This document shows, in pieces, positions 1 to 10,606 of a stretch of 54,239 nucleotides of DNA. The stretch comes from Candidatus Pelethosoma merdigallinarum. Its GTDB lineage: Bacteria; Bacillota_I; Bacilli_A; RF39; UBA660. The stretch covers positions 1 through 54,239 of the forward strand of contig DVKJ01000037.1 in the NCBI GenBank assembly GCA_018716065.1. Reading direction: 5' to 3'. The position numbers and the translations under genes are program-made. The number at the start of each line of letters is the position of its first letter. Within the stretch, counting starts at the first letter, position 1. The notes beneath the pieces were generated by a model that searched no databases, was not told the origin of the DNA, and saw only the letters and a list, made by a program, of their open reading frames with translations.

Positions 1-132
1 TATACTTGTTCTTTCATATTGTTTTTTATAATTTGAATAGAATAAATAATCATCTCCATAGTTTGTATAAACTTCTTTTAAATATTTATTTATAAGTTTA
101 ACTAATTCATCACTAATAGGAACAACTCTAAT
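1..132 (-). pseudogene. Tyrosine recombinase fragment, 5'-truncated, runs off the window start
   Basis: Manual translation of the minus strand gives IRVVPISDELVKLINKYLKEVYTNYGDDYLFYSNYKKQYERTSI. This resembles the K-x-R-x-VP...YLF segment of phage-integrase-family recombinases. It is preceded directly by an in-frame TAA and has no start codon. Confidence 0.55.
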
Positions 133-170
133 TTATTATAACCTATCCACAATACAATTTTAACAAAAAA

Positions 171-252
171 TTATGTGGAACTTTTTATAATAAAAGTCTT
201 TATTTAAAGGACTTCTTTTTAAAAGTTCAACATAACTAAAAGTTCAACATAA
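171..252. mobile_element. Putative terminal repeat cluster of a RIT-like (recombinase-in-trio) element
   Basis: AAAAGTTCAACATAA occurs twice in direct orientation (221-235, 238-252). An inverted copy with one mismatch, TTATGTGGAACTTTT, lies at 171-185, next to the recombinase fragment. Confidence 0.5.
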
Positions 253-300
253 ACAAAAAAAAGAAGAAAATATCAATACCAGATACCCCCCCCCATGTAT
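253..300 (-). promoter_or_regulatory. G9-tract / -35 promoter motif, copy 1; -10 position occupied by the element end
   Basis: Minus strand reads CAT-G9-TATCTGGTA-TTGATA, matching the motif at 37899-37923. Confidence 0.45.
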
Positions 301-313
301 ATTGTTTTATTAA

Positions 314-338
314 AAAAGAGTTGAATTTCAACTCTTTT
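314..338 (-). terminator. Intrinsic terminator after tuf
   Basis: Inverted repeat AAAAGAGTTGAA-T-TTCAACTCTTTT, followed by a T-run on the minus strand, just downstream of the tuf stop. Confidence 0.8.
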
Positions 339-348
339 ACTTGTTTCA

Positions 349-1530
349 TTATTTAATAATTTCAGAAACGTTACCAGCACCAACTGTTCTACCACCTTCA
401 CGAATAGAGAACTTCGTTCCATTTTCGATAGCGATAGGAGCAATTAATTCTACTGTCATTTCAACGTTGTCACCTGGCATTACCATTTCAGTACCTTCTG
501 GTAATTCAATAACACCTGTAACATCTGTTGTACGGAAATAGAATTGTGGACGGTAGTTACTGAAGAATGGAGTATGACGTCCACCTTCTTCTTTCGTTAA
601 AACATAAACTTGTGCTTTAAACTTAGTATGAGGTGTAACAGTACCAGGTTTAGCTAATACTTGACCACGTTCTACATCTTCACGAGAAATACCACGTAAT
701 AATACACCAGCATTGTCTCCACTTTCTGCGTAATCTAATTGTTTACGGAACATTTCAATTCCAGTTACAACTGATTTTTGAGTTGGTTTTAATCCAACGA
801 TTTCTACTTCTTCATTTAATTTCAATTGTCCACGTTCTACACGTCCTGTAACAACTGTTCCACGACCTGTAATTGTGAATACGTCTTCAATTGGCATTAA
901 GAATGGTTTGTCTGTATCACGTTCTGGAGTTTGAATCCATGTATCAACAGCATCCATTAATTCATGAATCTTTTCTACATATTGAGGATCTCCTTCAAGA
1001 GCTTTCAATGCAGAACCACGAATAATTGGAGTATCTTCTTCATATCCGTATTCAACTAATAATTCACGAACTTCCATTTCAACTAAATCTAATAACTCTT
1101 CGTCATCAACCATATCACATTTGTTTAAGAATACAACCATACGAGGTACTCCAACTTGACGTGATAATAAGATGTGTTCACGAGTTTGAGCCATTGGACC
1201 ATCTGTAGCAGCAATTACTAAGATTGCTCCGTCCATTTGAGCTGCACCTGTGATCATGTTCTTAACGTAGTCAGCATGTCCTGGACAGTCTACGTGAGCA
1301 TAATGTCTGTTTGCAGTACTGTACTCAATATGAGCAGTGTTAATAGTGATTCCACGTTCTCTTTCTTCTGGTGCTTTATCGATATTAGCGAAATCAACTT
1401 TTTCGTTACCATAGTTTCCAGCTAAAACAGCACTAATAGCAGCTGTTAAAGTTGTTTTACCATGGTCAACGTGTCCGATTGTACCAATGTTAACATGTGG
1501 TTTCGAACGATCAAATTTTTCTTTTGCCAT
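349..1530 (-). CDS. tuf: Elongation factor Tu
   Basis: [46 protein letters not shown] motifs. Confidence 0.99.
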   Translation of the reverse strand: MAKEKFDRSKPHVNIGTIGHVDHGKTTLTAAISAVLAGNYGNEKVDFANIDKAPEERERGITINTAHIEYSTANRHYAHVDCPGHADYVKNMITGAAQMDGAILVIAATDGPMAQTREHILLSRQVGVPRMVVFLNKCDMVDDEELLDLVEMEVRELLVEYGYEEDTPIIRGSALKALEGDPQYVEKIHELMDAVDTWIQTPERDTDKPFLMPIEDVFTITGRGTVVTGRVERGQLKLNEEVEIVGLKPTQKSVVTGIEMFRKQLDYAESGDNAGVLLRGISREDVERGQVLAKPGTVTPHTKFKAQVYVLTKEEGGRHTPFFSNYRPQFYFRTTDVTGVIELPEGTEMVMPGDNVEMTVELIAPIAIENGTKFSIREGGRTVGAGNVSEIIK

Positions 1531-1616
1531 TTTAATTTCCTCCTCTTTTCATTATACATTCTTATTTTATATTATCTAACACAAAATAGCAAGCTTTTTT
1601 CTTTAAAATGTCATTA

Positions 1617-1652
1617 TTTTCCTAAGATTTGGATAACCAAACCCTAGGAAAA
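1617..1652 (-). terminator. Stem-loop between fusA and tuf, followed by a sigmaA-like tuf promoter
   Basis: Minus strand TTTTCCTAGGGTTTGG-TTAT-CCAAATCTTAGGAAAA; TTGCTA-N17-TAAAAT lies downstream, before tuf. Confidence 0.5.
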
Positions 1653-1660
1653 ATAATTTT

Positions 1661-3736
1661 TTATTTATTACCACCGTTACGTTTAATGATTTCTTCAGTG
1701 ATATTTTTTGGAGCTTCTTCATAATGGTCAAATTCCATTGTGAAGTTTGCACGTCCTTGTGTATTAGAACGTAAGCTTGTTGCATATCCAAACATTTCAG
1801 CAAGTGGTACCATAGCGTTAATTGCTAATGCATTACCACGAGATTCTTGTCCTAGAGGACGTCCACGACGAGAAGTAATATCTCCCATTACGTTTCCAAG
1901 ATATTCTTCTGGTGTGATAACTTGTACTTTCATGATTGGTTCAAGAAGTACTGGTTTACATTTCTTACCAGCTTCTTTTAAAGCTAAGCTAGCTGCCACT
2001 TTGAAGGCTGCTTCACTTGAGTCTACATCATGGTAAGAACCATCAAATAACGTTGCTTTAACGTCTACCATTGGGTATCCAGCTAAAACACCAGTTTTCA
2101 TAGCGTCTTGTAAACCTTTATCGGTTACTGGAATATATTCACGAGGAACCACTCCACCAACGATGGCATCAACAAATTCATATCCTTTATCTGGATTTGG
2201 TTCGAATTTGATCCATACGTGTCCATATTGTCCACGTCCACCAGATTGTTTAATGAATTTACCTTCACACTCTGCGGTTTGTGTGATGGTTTCACGATAT
2301 GAAACTTGTGGTTGTCCAATATTCGCTTCTACACCAAATTCACGTTTCATACGATCAACGATGATGTCAAGGTGTAACTCACCCATACCAGCGATAATCG
2401 TTTGACCTGTTTCATGGTTTGTACTAGCACGGAAAGTTGGATCTTCTTCTGCTAGTTTTTGTAAAGCAGTAGCCATTTTATCTTGATCTGCTTTTGATTT
2501 AGGTTCAACAGCAAGTTCAATAACTGGTTCTGGGAATTCCATAGATTCTAGAATACAAGCTTTCTTTTCATCACATAAAGTATCCCCAGTTGTTGTATTT
2601 TTAAGTCCTACAGCTGCCGCAATATCTCCCGTATAAACTTCTGTAATTTCTGTACGGTTATTGGCATGCATTTGTAGGATACGTCCAATACGTTCTTTTG
2701 TATCTTTTGTTGAGTTTAAGATATAAGAACCACTATTTAAATGACCTGAGTATACACGGAAGAAAGTTAATTTTCCAACATAAGGGTCCGTCATTACTTT
2801 AAATGCTAAAGCACTGAATGGTTCTGAATCAGATGGATGACGTTCAATTTCATTTCCATCCATATCTACACCTTTAATAGAAGGAATATCGGTTGGAGCT
2901 GGCATATAGTCAACAACAGCATCTAATAATAATTTAGTTCCTTTGTTTCCTAAAGCGGTTCCACACATTACTGGGAAGAATTCAACAGCAAGTACTCCTT
3001 TACGGATGGCACTCTTAATTTCTTCTACCGTAAGTTCTTCACCTTCAAGATATTTTTCCATTAAAGCATCGTCAAATTCAACAACTTTTTCGATTAATTC
3101 ATTACGTTTTTCTTCAGCAATATCTTTCAAATCTGCTGGAATTTCAATTTCTGTTGGATTTTCTTCTTGTTTACCATCATAGTGATAAGCTTTCATCGTA
3201 ACTAAATCGATAATTCCATCAAATTCGTTTTCAGCTCCAATTGGCCATTCAATTGGTGCATAGTTTACCCCTAAACGATCTCCAATCGATTTTAGTGACA
3301 TTTCAAAACTTGCCCCTAATTTATCCATTTTGTTACAGAAGATCATACGAGGTACTTTAAATTCATCTGCTTGACGCCATACGGTTTCTGTTTGTGGTTC
3401 AACTCCGGCATTAGAGTCTAAAAGGGCAACTGCACCGTCTAATACACGAAGGGAACGAGATACTTCAACCGTAAAGTCTACGTGCCCTGGAGTATCGATA
3501 ATATTTAAACGATATCCGTTCCAATAAGCAGTCGTAGCGGCAGATGTGATTGTAATTCCACGTTCTTGTTCTTGTTCCATCCAGTCCATTTGACTAGCTC
3601 CATCATGGGTTTCCCCAATTTTATGGATCTTATGAGTATGGAATAAGATACGTTCTGTCATGGTCGTTTTTCCGGCATCGATGTGAGCCATGATACCAAA
3701 ATTACGAGTTTTCTCTAAACTATATTCACGAGCCAT
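1661..3736 (-). CDS. fusA: Elongation factor G
   Basis: [23 protein letters not shown], str-operon position. Confidence 0.99.
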   Translation of the reverse strand: MAREYSLEKTRNFGIMAHIDAGKTTMTERILFHTHKIHKIGETHDGASQMDWMEQEQERGITITSAATTAYWNGYRLNIIDTPGHVDFTVEVSRSLRVLDGAVALLDSNAGVEPQTETVWRQADEFKVPRMIFCNKMDKLGASFEMSLKSIGDRLGVNYAPIEWPIGAENEFDGIIDLVTMKAYHYDGKQEENPTEIEIPADLKDIAEEKRNELIEKVVEFDDALMEKYLEGEELTVEEIKSAIRKGVLAVEFFPVMCGTALGNKGTKLLLDAVVDYMPAPTDIPSIKGVDMDGNEIERHPSDSEPFSALAFKVMTDPYVGKLTFFRVYSGHLNSGSYILNSTKDTKERIGRILQMHANNRTEITEVYTGDIAAAVGLKNTTTGDTLCDEKKACILESMEFPEPVIELAVEPKSKADQDKMATALQKLAEEDPTFRASTNHETGQTIIAGMGELHLDIIVDRMKREFGVEANIGQPQVSYRETITQTAECEGKFIKQSGGRGQYGHVWIKFEPNPDKGYEFVDAIVGGVVPREYIPVTDKGLQDAMKTGVLAGYPMVDVKATLFDGSYHDVDSSEAAFKVAASLALKEAGKKCKPVLLEPIMKVQVITPEEYLGNVMGDITSRRGRPLGQESRGNALAINAMVPLAEMFGYATSLRSNTQGRANFTMEFDHYEEAPKNITEEIIKRNGGNK

Positions 3737-3757
3737 ATATTTATTTCCTTTCTTTTA

Positions 3758-4225
3758 TTACCAACGATAATGAGCAAATGCTTTATTAGCTTCTGCCATT
3801 CTATGTGTATCTTCACGTTTTTTAACAGCTCCACCTGTACCTTGACTAGCATCCATAATTTCGTTTGCTAGATTTTCAGCCATTGTGTGACCTCCTCTTA
3901 AACGTGAATAATTCACTAACCAACGAAGCCCTAAAGCTTGACTTCTGTCTGCTTTTACTTCAACTGGTACTTGATAGTTTGCTCCACCAACACGACGAGA
4001 TTTTACTTCTAATGCAGGTTTGATATTAGCCATAGCTTCTTCAAACACTTCCATAGGTTCTCTTCCTGTTTTTTCTTTGATCATATCAAAAGCATTATAA
4101 ACAATTGTTTGAGCTTTTCCTTTTTTACCATCTAACATGATTGTATTTACTAATTTTGTAACTAATTTAGAATTATACATAGGATCCGCTAAAACATCTC
4201 TTTTTACTGCACGTCTTTTACGCAT
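3758..4225 (-). CDS. rpsG: 30S ribosomal protein S7
   Basis: [14 protein letters not shown] and C-terminal [13 protein letters not shown]. Confidence 0.99.
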   Translation of the reverse strand: MRKRRAVKRDVLADPMYNSKLVTKLVNTIMLDGKKGKAQTIVYNAFDMIKEKTGREPMEVFEEAMANIKPALEVKSRRVGGANYQVPVEVKADRSQALGLRWLVNYSRLRGGHTMAENLANEIMDASQGTGGAVKKREDTHRMAEANKAFAHYRW

Positions 4226-4260
4226 TTTCTATCCTCCTCTCTTCTTTATATTATTATATT

Positions 4261-4674
4261 TTACTTTTTAGGTTTTTTAGTTCCATATTTAGAACGTCCT
4301 TGACGACGAGCTTCAATTCCAGCTGTGTCTAATGTTCCACGAACAATGTGATAACGAACACCGATTAAGTCCTTAACACGTCCTCCACGAATTAATACCA
4401 CACTGTGTTCTTGTAAGTTATGTCCTTCTCCAGGAATGTAAGCAGTTACTTCCATACCATTTGATAAACGAACACGGGCATATTTACGTAAAGCTGAGTT
4501 TGGTTTCTTTGGTGTCATAGCAGCAACACGAGTACATACTCCACGTTTTTGTGGGGCATTTAATTTTGTTCTTTTTTTCTCACGGCTGTTATAACCAATA
4601 TTTAATACTGGTGATTTACTCTTTTTAGTTTTGCTTTTTCTACGGTTACGAACCAATTGATTCATTGTAGGCAT
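4261..4674 (-). CDS. rpsL: 30S ribosomal protein S12
   Basis: [17 protein letters not shown] motifs; Firmicutes-type N-terminal insertion. Confidence 0.99.
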   Translation of the reverse strand: MPTMNQLVRNRRKSKTKKSKSPVLNIGYNSREKKRTKLNAPQKRGVCTRVAAMTPKKPNSALRKYARVRLSNGMEVTAYIPGEGHNLQEHSVVLIRGGRVKDLIGVRYHIVRGTLDTAGIEARRQGRSKYGTKKPKK

Positions 4675-4689
4675 CTTGTTTCCTCCTCT

Positions 4690-4796
4690 CTTTACACATA
4701 TCCAGGCGTTTCATTTTCTGTTTTAAGAAAAGATTTATTAAAATAAACCTTTTCAAACGCATTAATAATATACCACTAGTAACATATGAAAGTCAA
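4690..4796 (-). promoter_or_regulatory. str operon promoter and structured 5' leader
   Basis: TTGACT-N18-TATATT (4796-4767). The leader has GCGTTT/AAACGC pairing around an inner hairpin, then CCTGGATATGTG before the RBS. Confidence 0.5.
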
Positions 4797-4857
4797 CACT
4801 TTTTATTACAAAATTTAGAATATATAGAAAACATGATTCTTTATAGAACCATATTTA

Positions 4858-5361
4858 TTACTGATAATTTTCATTATAACCATTGGTAACGTAGTTACTT
4901 CCACATTTTAAATATGGTAAATAGGTATTTCCTTCTTTTTGATAGATGACATATCCTTCACAACTTGCACTGCTATCATTCGGATCGTGTAAACCAGAAA
5001 TCAATGCTTCTCGTTCTAATTCCTCATCTTTGATAATCACTTCCGATACCGAAGGATCACTATAATATTTTTTGACGTATTCTATGGCACTACCTTTTAA
5101 TAATTCTTCCATCTCACCATAAGTTAATGTAGAATCCACATCGATTTCCTTATCATCTTCTTTATTTTCTTCTTCTAATTCTTCTGGTTCTGATGGTGCT
5201 TTGGTTGGAGAAGTAACTTCCACTTCTCCTTCTGGATAATCTTTTGCGGATGATCCATTACCAAAGTTTTGATAATAAACTACCATAGAAACAAGTAAAG
5301 CGATTCCTAATATAGCTAGAATCCAAAACAAATCGGACATTCCCCATCCACGATTATTCAT
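4858..5361 (-). CDS. Membrane-anchored protein, possibly type IV pilin-like
   Basis: MNNRG|WGMSDL followed by a hydrophobic helix resembles a class III signal. An acidic linker and a C-terminal Cys pair (CEGYV...YLKCG) follow. Confidence 0.5.
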   Translation of the reverse strand: MNNRGWGMSDLFWILAILGIALLVSMVVYYQNFGNGSSAKDYPEGEVEVTSPTKAPSEPEELEEENKEDDKEIDVDSTLTYGEMEELLKGSAIEYVKKYYSDPSVSEVIIKDEELEREALISGLHDPNDSSASCEGYVIYQKEGNTYLPYLKCGSNYVTNGYNENYQ

Positions 5362-5369
5362 ATCATCAC

Positions 5370-6026
5370 CTATCCTATTTCTTGCAACATCTTATTTTCT
5401 TTAAAGCGATAAAGCTTGGCAGGGCGACCCATTTGTCCTTTTTCTTTATCCCCTGTTTCTTCGATTAATTCCTCATTTAATAAGCGTTTACGAAAATTAC
5501 GACGATCAATTTCACAATCAAATAACATTTCTAAGAAGTGTTGAAGTTCTGGTAATGTAAAATCTGCAGGATAAAATTGAGTTAACAACGCCTGTGTTTT
5601 TACACCCATTTGTAACATTTCTAAACTCTTTTCAATAATCTCACTGTGATCATAAGCTAATTTTGGAAGATTCGCAACTTCAAACCATTTTGCTTCTTGA
5701 TCACTTAAAGCTTCATTTAATTGCCAAGTAATAGTATCAACAATACCGACCAAAGAAACCCCTATGACACGTTCATCTGGATAACGATCTAATGCACTAA
5801 AGGTATGGTTTTGGTGCAACGGAACTTGATCACTAGATAGGAAGTTCTTTAATAATAAAGTAGCATTCTCTTCCAATGTTTGCGACGTTAAAACAGAGGA
5901 TGTTGGTAACATCCAGTATCCTTTATAAGGTTCTTCTTCTTTATGGATCAGCAGCACTTCTAAACGACCATCATGAGCCATAAATAGATTTAAAACTGTT
6001 TCTATTTGATTGGATTGATTTTTCAT
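5370..6026 (-). CDS. NrtR-family regulator (NUDIX-like domain plus winged helix)
   Basis: LLI..EEPYKGYWMLP, R.PDERVI, LAYDH, FTLPELQ, DRRNFRK, GRPAKLYRF motifs. Confidence 0.9.
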   Translation of the reverse strand: MKNQSNQIETVLNLFMAHDGRLEVLLIHKEEEPYKGYWMLPTSSVLTSQTLEENATLLLKNFLSSDQVPLHQNHTFSALDRYPDERVIGVSLVGIVDTITWQLNEALSDQEAKWFEVANLPKLAYDHSEIIEKSLEMLQMGVKTQALLTQFYPADFTLPELQHFLEMLFDCEIDRRNFRKRLLNEELIEETGDKEKGQMGRPAKLYRFKENKMLQEIG

Positions 6027-6120
6027 AATTTCTCCTTAAAATAAAATATATATAACCGAATACATTATAATTTCTTTTCCATTATTTGTCAAATGAATGA
6101 AAACTAGCAAGTATTATTTG

Positions 6121-8265
6121 CTAGTCTTCTTTTGATGATTGAATGGCTTCTTTACGAGAAAGATTTAAACGTCCACGTTTATCGTAACCGAGTGATTTTA
6201 CTAAAATTTCGTCGCCAACTTTAACCACATCACTTGGTTTTTCAACACGCTTTTTATCTAATTGGGAAACATGTACCAATCCTTCGGCTCCAGGCCATAG
6301 TTCCACGAAGCATCCGAAGTCTTCAACCTTTACTACTTTTCCAGTATATATCTTACCATCTTCTACTTCACGGACTACATCTTTAATCATCTGAGCTGTT
6401 TTATCGATAATTTCTTGATCCGTATGATAAATAATGACTCTTCCATCATCTTCAAGATCTACTTTAACCGCATTTACATCGTTAACAGCTTCGACATGAC
6501 TAGCTTCCAAAATAATTTTGGTAATCATCTCTCCACCTTTACCGATAACTTCTTTAATACGATTTGGATCAATCATGAAAGTCATCATTTTAGGCGCATA
6601 TTTACTTACTTCTTTACGTGGTTCTGGAATTTGTGTAGTAATAACATCTAATATTTCAAAACGTGCTTTTTTAGCTTGCGCTAAAGCTTCTTTCAAAATT
6701 TCTTTCGTAATTCCTTTTATTTTAATATCCATTTGTAGTGCACAAATACCTTCTTTTGTACCGGCTACTTTAAAGTCCATATCTCCTAAATGATCTTCCA
6801 TTCCTTGAATATCCGTTAAAATGGTATAATCATCACCATCGGTAATAAGTCCCATCGCAATACCAGCAACCGGTGCTTTTATAGGAACACCAGCGGCCAT
6901 TAAAGCCATACATCCAGCACAAATACTAGCTTGACTTGATGAACCGTTACTTTCTAAGATTTCTGATACCACACGAATGGTGTATGGAAACGCTTCTTCA
7001 CTTGGAATCACTTGTGCCAACGCACGTTCTCCTAAAGCTCCATGTCCAATCTCACGTCTTCCAGGAGCTCCATAACGTCCTGTTTCTCCTACACTAAATT
7101 GTGGAAAGTTATAATGTAACATAAAACGTTTGGAAGTTTCTAAATCAAGTCCGTCTAAAATTTGGTGTTCCCCTAAGGCACCTAGTGTTACTGCACTAAG
7201 AGCTTGTGTTTGTCCACGGGTAAATAAAGCTGAACCATGAGCACGTGGTAGTAAATCAATATCCGTTGATAAAGGACGAATTTCATCCATCGCACGACCA
7301 TCCGCACGCGTATGTTCTTTTACAACAATACTTCTAAATAATTCATATTCAATATCTTCTAATACTAATTTAACTCCCGTAATTAATTTTTTTAGTTCTT
7401 CACTTTCTAATTCTTTATTTTCTTCTTCGTATAATGTTACGATTTCTTCTTTAATTTGATCAATCGCCGCATATTTTTCTAATTTATCTTTAATACGTAG
7501 TGCTTGATCTAAACGTGTCGTTGCTAGTTCTTTTACTCTTTCCTTTACTTCTTCTGGAATTTCAAGAACTTCATATTCCATTTTTTCTTCTCCAATTTGA
7601 GCGACAATTTCATTTTCAAAAGCTACTAATTCTTTAATTGCTTCATGACCAAACATTAAAGCTTCTAACATATCATCTTCAGATACTTCTTTCGCACCTG
7701 CTTCTACCATGTTAATCGCATCTTTGGTTCCAGCAACGGTAAGATCAATATCACTCATTTCCATTTGTTCCACTGTTGGATTAATGATAAATTCACCATT
7801 TATACGACCAACTTTAACGGCCGCAACTGGACCATCAAATGGAATTTTACTAATAGAAGTTGCGAGTGATGACCCAAATAGCGCCGCCATTTCAGGAGAA
7901 TGATCTGGATCTACCGATAAAATGGTATTAACAATTTGTACTTCATGTTTAAAATCACTTGGAAATAAAGGACGCATTGGTCGATCAATCATACGAGCAG
8001 CCAACGTCGCATTTTCGGTTGGTCTTCCTTCCCTTTTAATAAATCCCCCTGGGATCTTACCTACAGAATATAATTTCTCTTGATATAATACCATCAATGG
8101 AAAAAAGTCCGCAAGTACATTTACATTCTTCGATACTACAACGGTAGATAAAACAACCGTATCACCAAAACGAACTAATACGGAACCACTCGCTTGTTTT
8201 GCAAGTTCGCCATGTTCCACGACTAATTTCTTTCCGCGAAAATCTAATTCAAATACTTTCTTCAT
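6121..8265 (-). CDS. pnp: Polyribonucleotide nucleotidyltransferase (PNPase)
   Basis: [30 protein letters not shown]; KH and S1 domains. Confidence 0.99.
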   Translation of the reverse strand: MKKVFELDFRGKKLVVEHGELAKQASGSVLVRFGDTVVLSTVVVSKNVNVLADFFPLMVLYQEKLYSVGKIPGGFIKREGRPTENATLAARMIDRPMRPLFPSDFKHEVQIVNTILSVDPDHSPEMAALFGSSLATSISKIPFDGPVAAVKVGRINGEFIINPTVEQMEMSDIDLTVAGTKDAINMVEAGAKEVSEDDMLEALMFGHEAIKELVAFENEIVAQIGEEKMEYEVLEIPEEVKERVKELATTRLDQALRIKDKLEKYAAIDQIKEEIVTLYEEENKELESEELKKLITGVKLVLEDIEYELFRSIVVKEHTRADGRAMDEIRPLSTDIDLLPRAHGSALFTRGQTQALSAVTLGALGEHQILDGLDLETSKRFMLHYNFPQFSVGETGRYGAPGRREIGHGALGERALAQVIPSEEAFPYTIRVVSEILESNGSSSQASICAGCMALMAAGVPIKAPVAGIAMGLITDGDDYTILTDIQGMEDHLGDMDFKVAGTKEGICALQMDIKIKGITKEILKEALAQAKKARFEILDVITTQIPEPRKEVSKYAPKMMTFMIDPNRIKEVIGKGGEMITKIILEASHVEAVNDVNAVKVDLEDDGRVIIYHTDQEIIDKTAQMIKDVVREVEDGKIYTGKVVKVEDFGCFVELWPGAEGLVHVSQLDKKRVEKPSDVVKVGDEILVKSLGYDKRGRLNLSRKEAIQSSKED

Positions 8266-8338
8266 ATATACCTCCCACTATGAAATAAGATATCATTTTT
8301 CAAAAAAAATAGACACCAAAAATAAGTGCCTACTTTTA

Positions 8339-8608
8339 TTATTTTCTTAAACCTAAATCAGAAACGATTTTACGATATCTCGTAACATCAGTTTTGAATA
8401 AATAGTTTAACAAACTTCTTCTTTGCCCTACTTTCTTAAGTAGTCCACGTCTTGTATGGAAATCATGTTGGTGTTCTTTTAAGTGTTCTGTTAAGTTCTT
8501 AATTTCTTCAGTAAGAATTGCGATTTGAACTTCGGCAGAACCAGTATCATTCGCACCTCTTCCATACTTTTTAACGATTTCTGCTTTTGCTTCTTTTGTT
8601 AAAGCCAT
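8339..8608 (-). CDS. rpsO: 30S ribosomal protein S15 (start taken at MALTK after a GGAGG RBS)
   Basis: [24 protein letters not shown]; lies upstream of pnp. Confidence 0.98.
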   Translation of the reverse strand: MALTKEAKAEIVKKYGRGANDTGSAEVQIAILTEEIKNLTEHLKEHQHDFHTRRGLLKKVGQRRSLLNYLFKTDVTRYRKIVSDLGLRK

Positions 8609-8629
8609 AATTTTTTCCTCCTTATTCAT

Positions 8630-8690
8630 TGTATTCGCTTTTACTGAGTAGAATTCGGAGACTATTCAACTAAGTAAAAGTACAACTATA
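8630..8690 (-). promoter_or_regulatory. Probable S15 autoregulatory leader RNA
   Basis: Long hairpin CTTTTACT...GTTGAAT...ATTCTAC...AGTAAAAG directly upstream of the rpsO RBS. S15 leaders are known at this position in Firmicutes. Confidence 0.6.
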
Positions 8691-8743
8691 ATATACACTA
8701 GTTTTTATCTATTTACAAGCAAAAAAATACATTTTTATTATTT

Positions 8744-9082
8744 TTATCTTGTTTTCTGTAAAGTTTTTTCTTTTTTTCTTTCGAAATAAAGAGTTGGATA
8801 ATCTCCTTCCACTTCAACATTTGCAAAAAATCTTAAATTCAATTCCTTACATAATTTTTTTAAATAAACTTCATCAATTAAATTTCCATAACAAAGTTCT
8901 TGTACATAAAGACGTGTTTCCCAACTTTCAAAAGGATCAAACCAAATCAACTCTTGATTTGGGAATTGCTTCAATTTTTCAAGAGCTTTTTCCACTAATT
9001 CTTCCGTATAACGATGTTGTTTTTCCTTAAATGCTTGTTCTTGGATGGTACTTTCTTTTTGTTTCTTATTCCACCATTTCAT
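8744..9082 (-). CDS. Hypothetical protein (orphan)
   Basis: 112 aa ORF with GAGGTG RBS and an upstream TTGACA; basic C-terminus. Confidence 0.7.
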   Translation of the reverse strand: MKWWNKKQKESTIQEQAFKEKQHRYTEELVEKALEKLKQFPNQELIWFDPFESWETRLYVQELCYGNLIDEVYLKKLCKELNLRFFANVEVEGDYPTLYFERKKEKTLQKTR

Positions 9083-9172
9083 TTTAACACCTCAAGTTTC
9101 TATGGCTTTTATTCTAACAACAAAGCCAATTCTTGTCAAATTTTGTGATACAATGGGATGGGATGTGATTCT

Positions 9173-10087
9173 ATGAATTTAAATATTAGTGGGCGAACCG
9201 ATATTGTTGCGTTTTATACACCTTGGTTGATCCATCGCTTGAAGGAAGGATTTGTCGATGTACGTAATCCGTTTTATCCAAAATTGGTTCAACGAATTTT
9301 CTTTAAAGATGTCGATGCGATGGTCTTTTGCACAAAAAATCCATTGCCTATTCTTCCCTATCTCTCAGAAATTAAAATTCCCATCATTTTTCAAGTTACC
9401 TTAACACCCTATCACAAAGATTTAGAACCCCATCTTCCTCCTAAAGGGAAAATCATTGAAGGAATCAAAAAACTGGCAACCATCATTCCAAAGGAATTTC
9501 TCTATGTTCGTTATGATCCTATTTTAATCAATCCCACTTATACTTTAGATTATCATATTCGTTCCTTTCGCCATTTATGTCAAGCATTAGATGGCGTAGT
9601 TTCTAAAGTTATTGTTTCTTTTATCGATCACTACAAAAACGTAGAAAACCATTCATCACTTCTTCAATTAAATGAAATGACGGAAGAAGATTTAAAAATC
9701 ATTGGAACCCATTTTAGTCAGATTGCCAAGGAACACCACATGACGGTTCAAACATGTGTAGAAAAACACAATCTACAAGAATATGGTTTTGTAAAACGAG
9801 ATTGTGTTGATTTTACGACCTTGTTTCAGTTAACCGGAAAAACGCATTTTACAGAATGGAAAGCCCGTAACAATTCTTATTGTCATTGCGCAAAAATGAT
9901 TGATATTGGTGCCTATAATAGTTGCCCTCATCACTGTAAATATTGTTATGCGAATTTTAAAGAAGAAGAAATTGCTCAAAACCAGAAGTTACACGATCCT
10001 CATTCTTCTTTACTTTTAGGACATATCCAAGAAGAAGACGAAATAAAAGTTCTATCAGACAAACGAAGTCACTTTTATGTTGAGTAA
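9173..10087 (+). CDS. DUF1848 family protein (radical-SAM-like)
   Basis: SGRTDIVAFY, VRNPF, FCTKNP, RYDPI, DIGAYNSCPHHCKYCYAN (CxxxCxxC). Confidence 0.9.
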   Translation: MNLNISGRTDIVAFYTPWLIHRLKEGFVDVRNPFYPKLVQRIFFKDVDAMVFCTKNPLPILPYLSEIKIPIIFQVTLTPYHKDLEPHLPPKGKIIEGIKKLATIIPKEFLYVRYDPILINPTYTLDYHIRSFRHLCQALDGVVSKVIVSFIDHYKNVENHSSLLQLNEMTEEDLKIIGTHFSQIAKEHHMTVQTCVEKHNLQEYGFVKRDCVDFTTLFQLTGKTHFTEWKARNNSYCHCAKMIDIGAYNSCPHHCKYCYANFKEEEIAQNQKLHDPHSSLLLGHIQEEDEIKVLSDKRSHFYVE

Positions 10088-10477
10088 AATCGGTATCTTG
10101 TGTACCGGTTCTTCTTTTAAGAAACGAAGATACTCTTGATACAATTGAACTAAAAAATAATTTTTAGTAGGAATCTTTAACTTTTTAAGTGTTTCTACAT
10201 CTGTAGTTAATAATACTTGTAAGATAAAACAAATTTCTTCCCATTCTTGTCCTTTAGATAACTGACTAAAATCAATGGTTCTTTCTTGTTCAACTACTTC
10301 TAAAGAAGAACCTACTACCTCTTCTTCTCGTTCTTCCTTTAAAGACGCATAACGCTCTTCTAAATGGTGAAACCGATCTTCACCAATTCGTTTCTTCAAC
10401 TGATAAATATCTTCGTAAGAACAGCAACGTAATAATTCTAAAAAGTCAAACATTTCTTCTAATTTGTGTTGATACAT
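10055..10477 (-). CDS. Hypothetical protein (orphan)
   Basis: ORF with GAGGTGAGG RBS; its 3' end overlaps the DUF1848 gene. Confidence 0.6.
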   Translation of the reverse strand: MYQHKLEEMFDFLELLRCCSYEDIYQLKKRIGEDRFHHLEERYASLKEEREEEVVGSSLEVVEQERTIDFSQLSKGQEWEEICFILQVLLTTDVETLKKLKIPTKNYFLVQLYQEYLRFLKEEPVHKIPILLNIKVTSFV

Positions 10478-10606
10478 TTTCCTCACCTCTTTAACACCAT
10501 ACCAAAAAGAAAGAGGCTTGGCAAATGACAGATTTTAGATTTTTGTTTGTTTTTTTGTTACAAAAATAAGAAATCTGTATAGGCAGATTTCTTATTTTTA
10601 ACTCTT

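Noticed and set aside
341-8000. Short alternative-frame ORFs over tuf, fusA and pnp, and similar ones over later genes
   Set aside because: They overlap well-conserved genes, mostly antisense, and show no recognisable motifs; treated as shadow ORFs.
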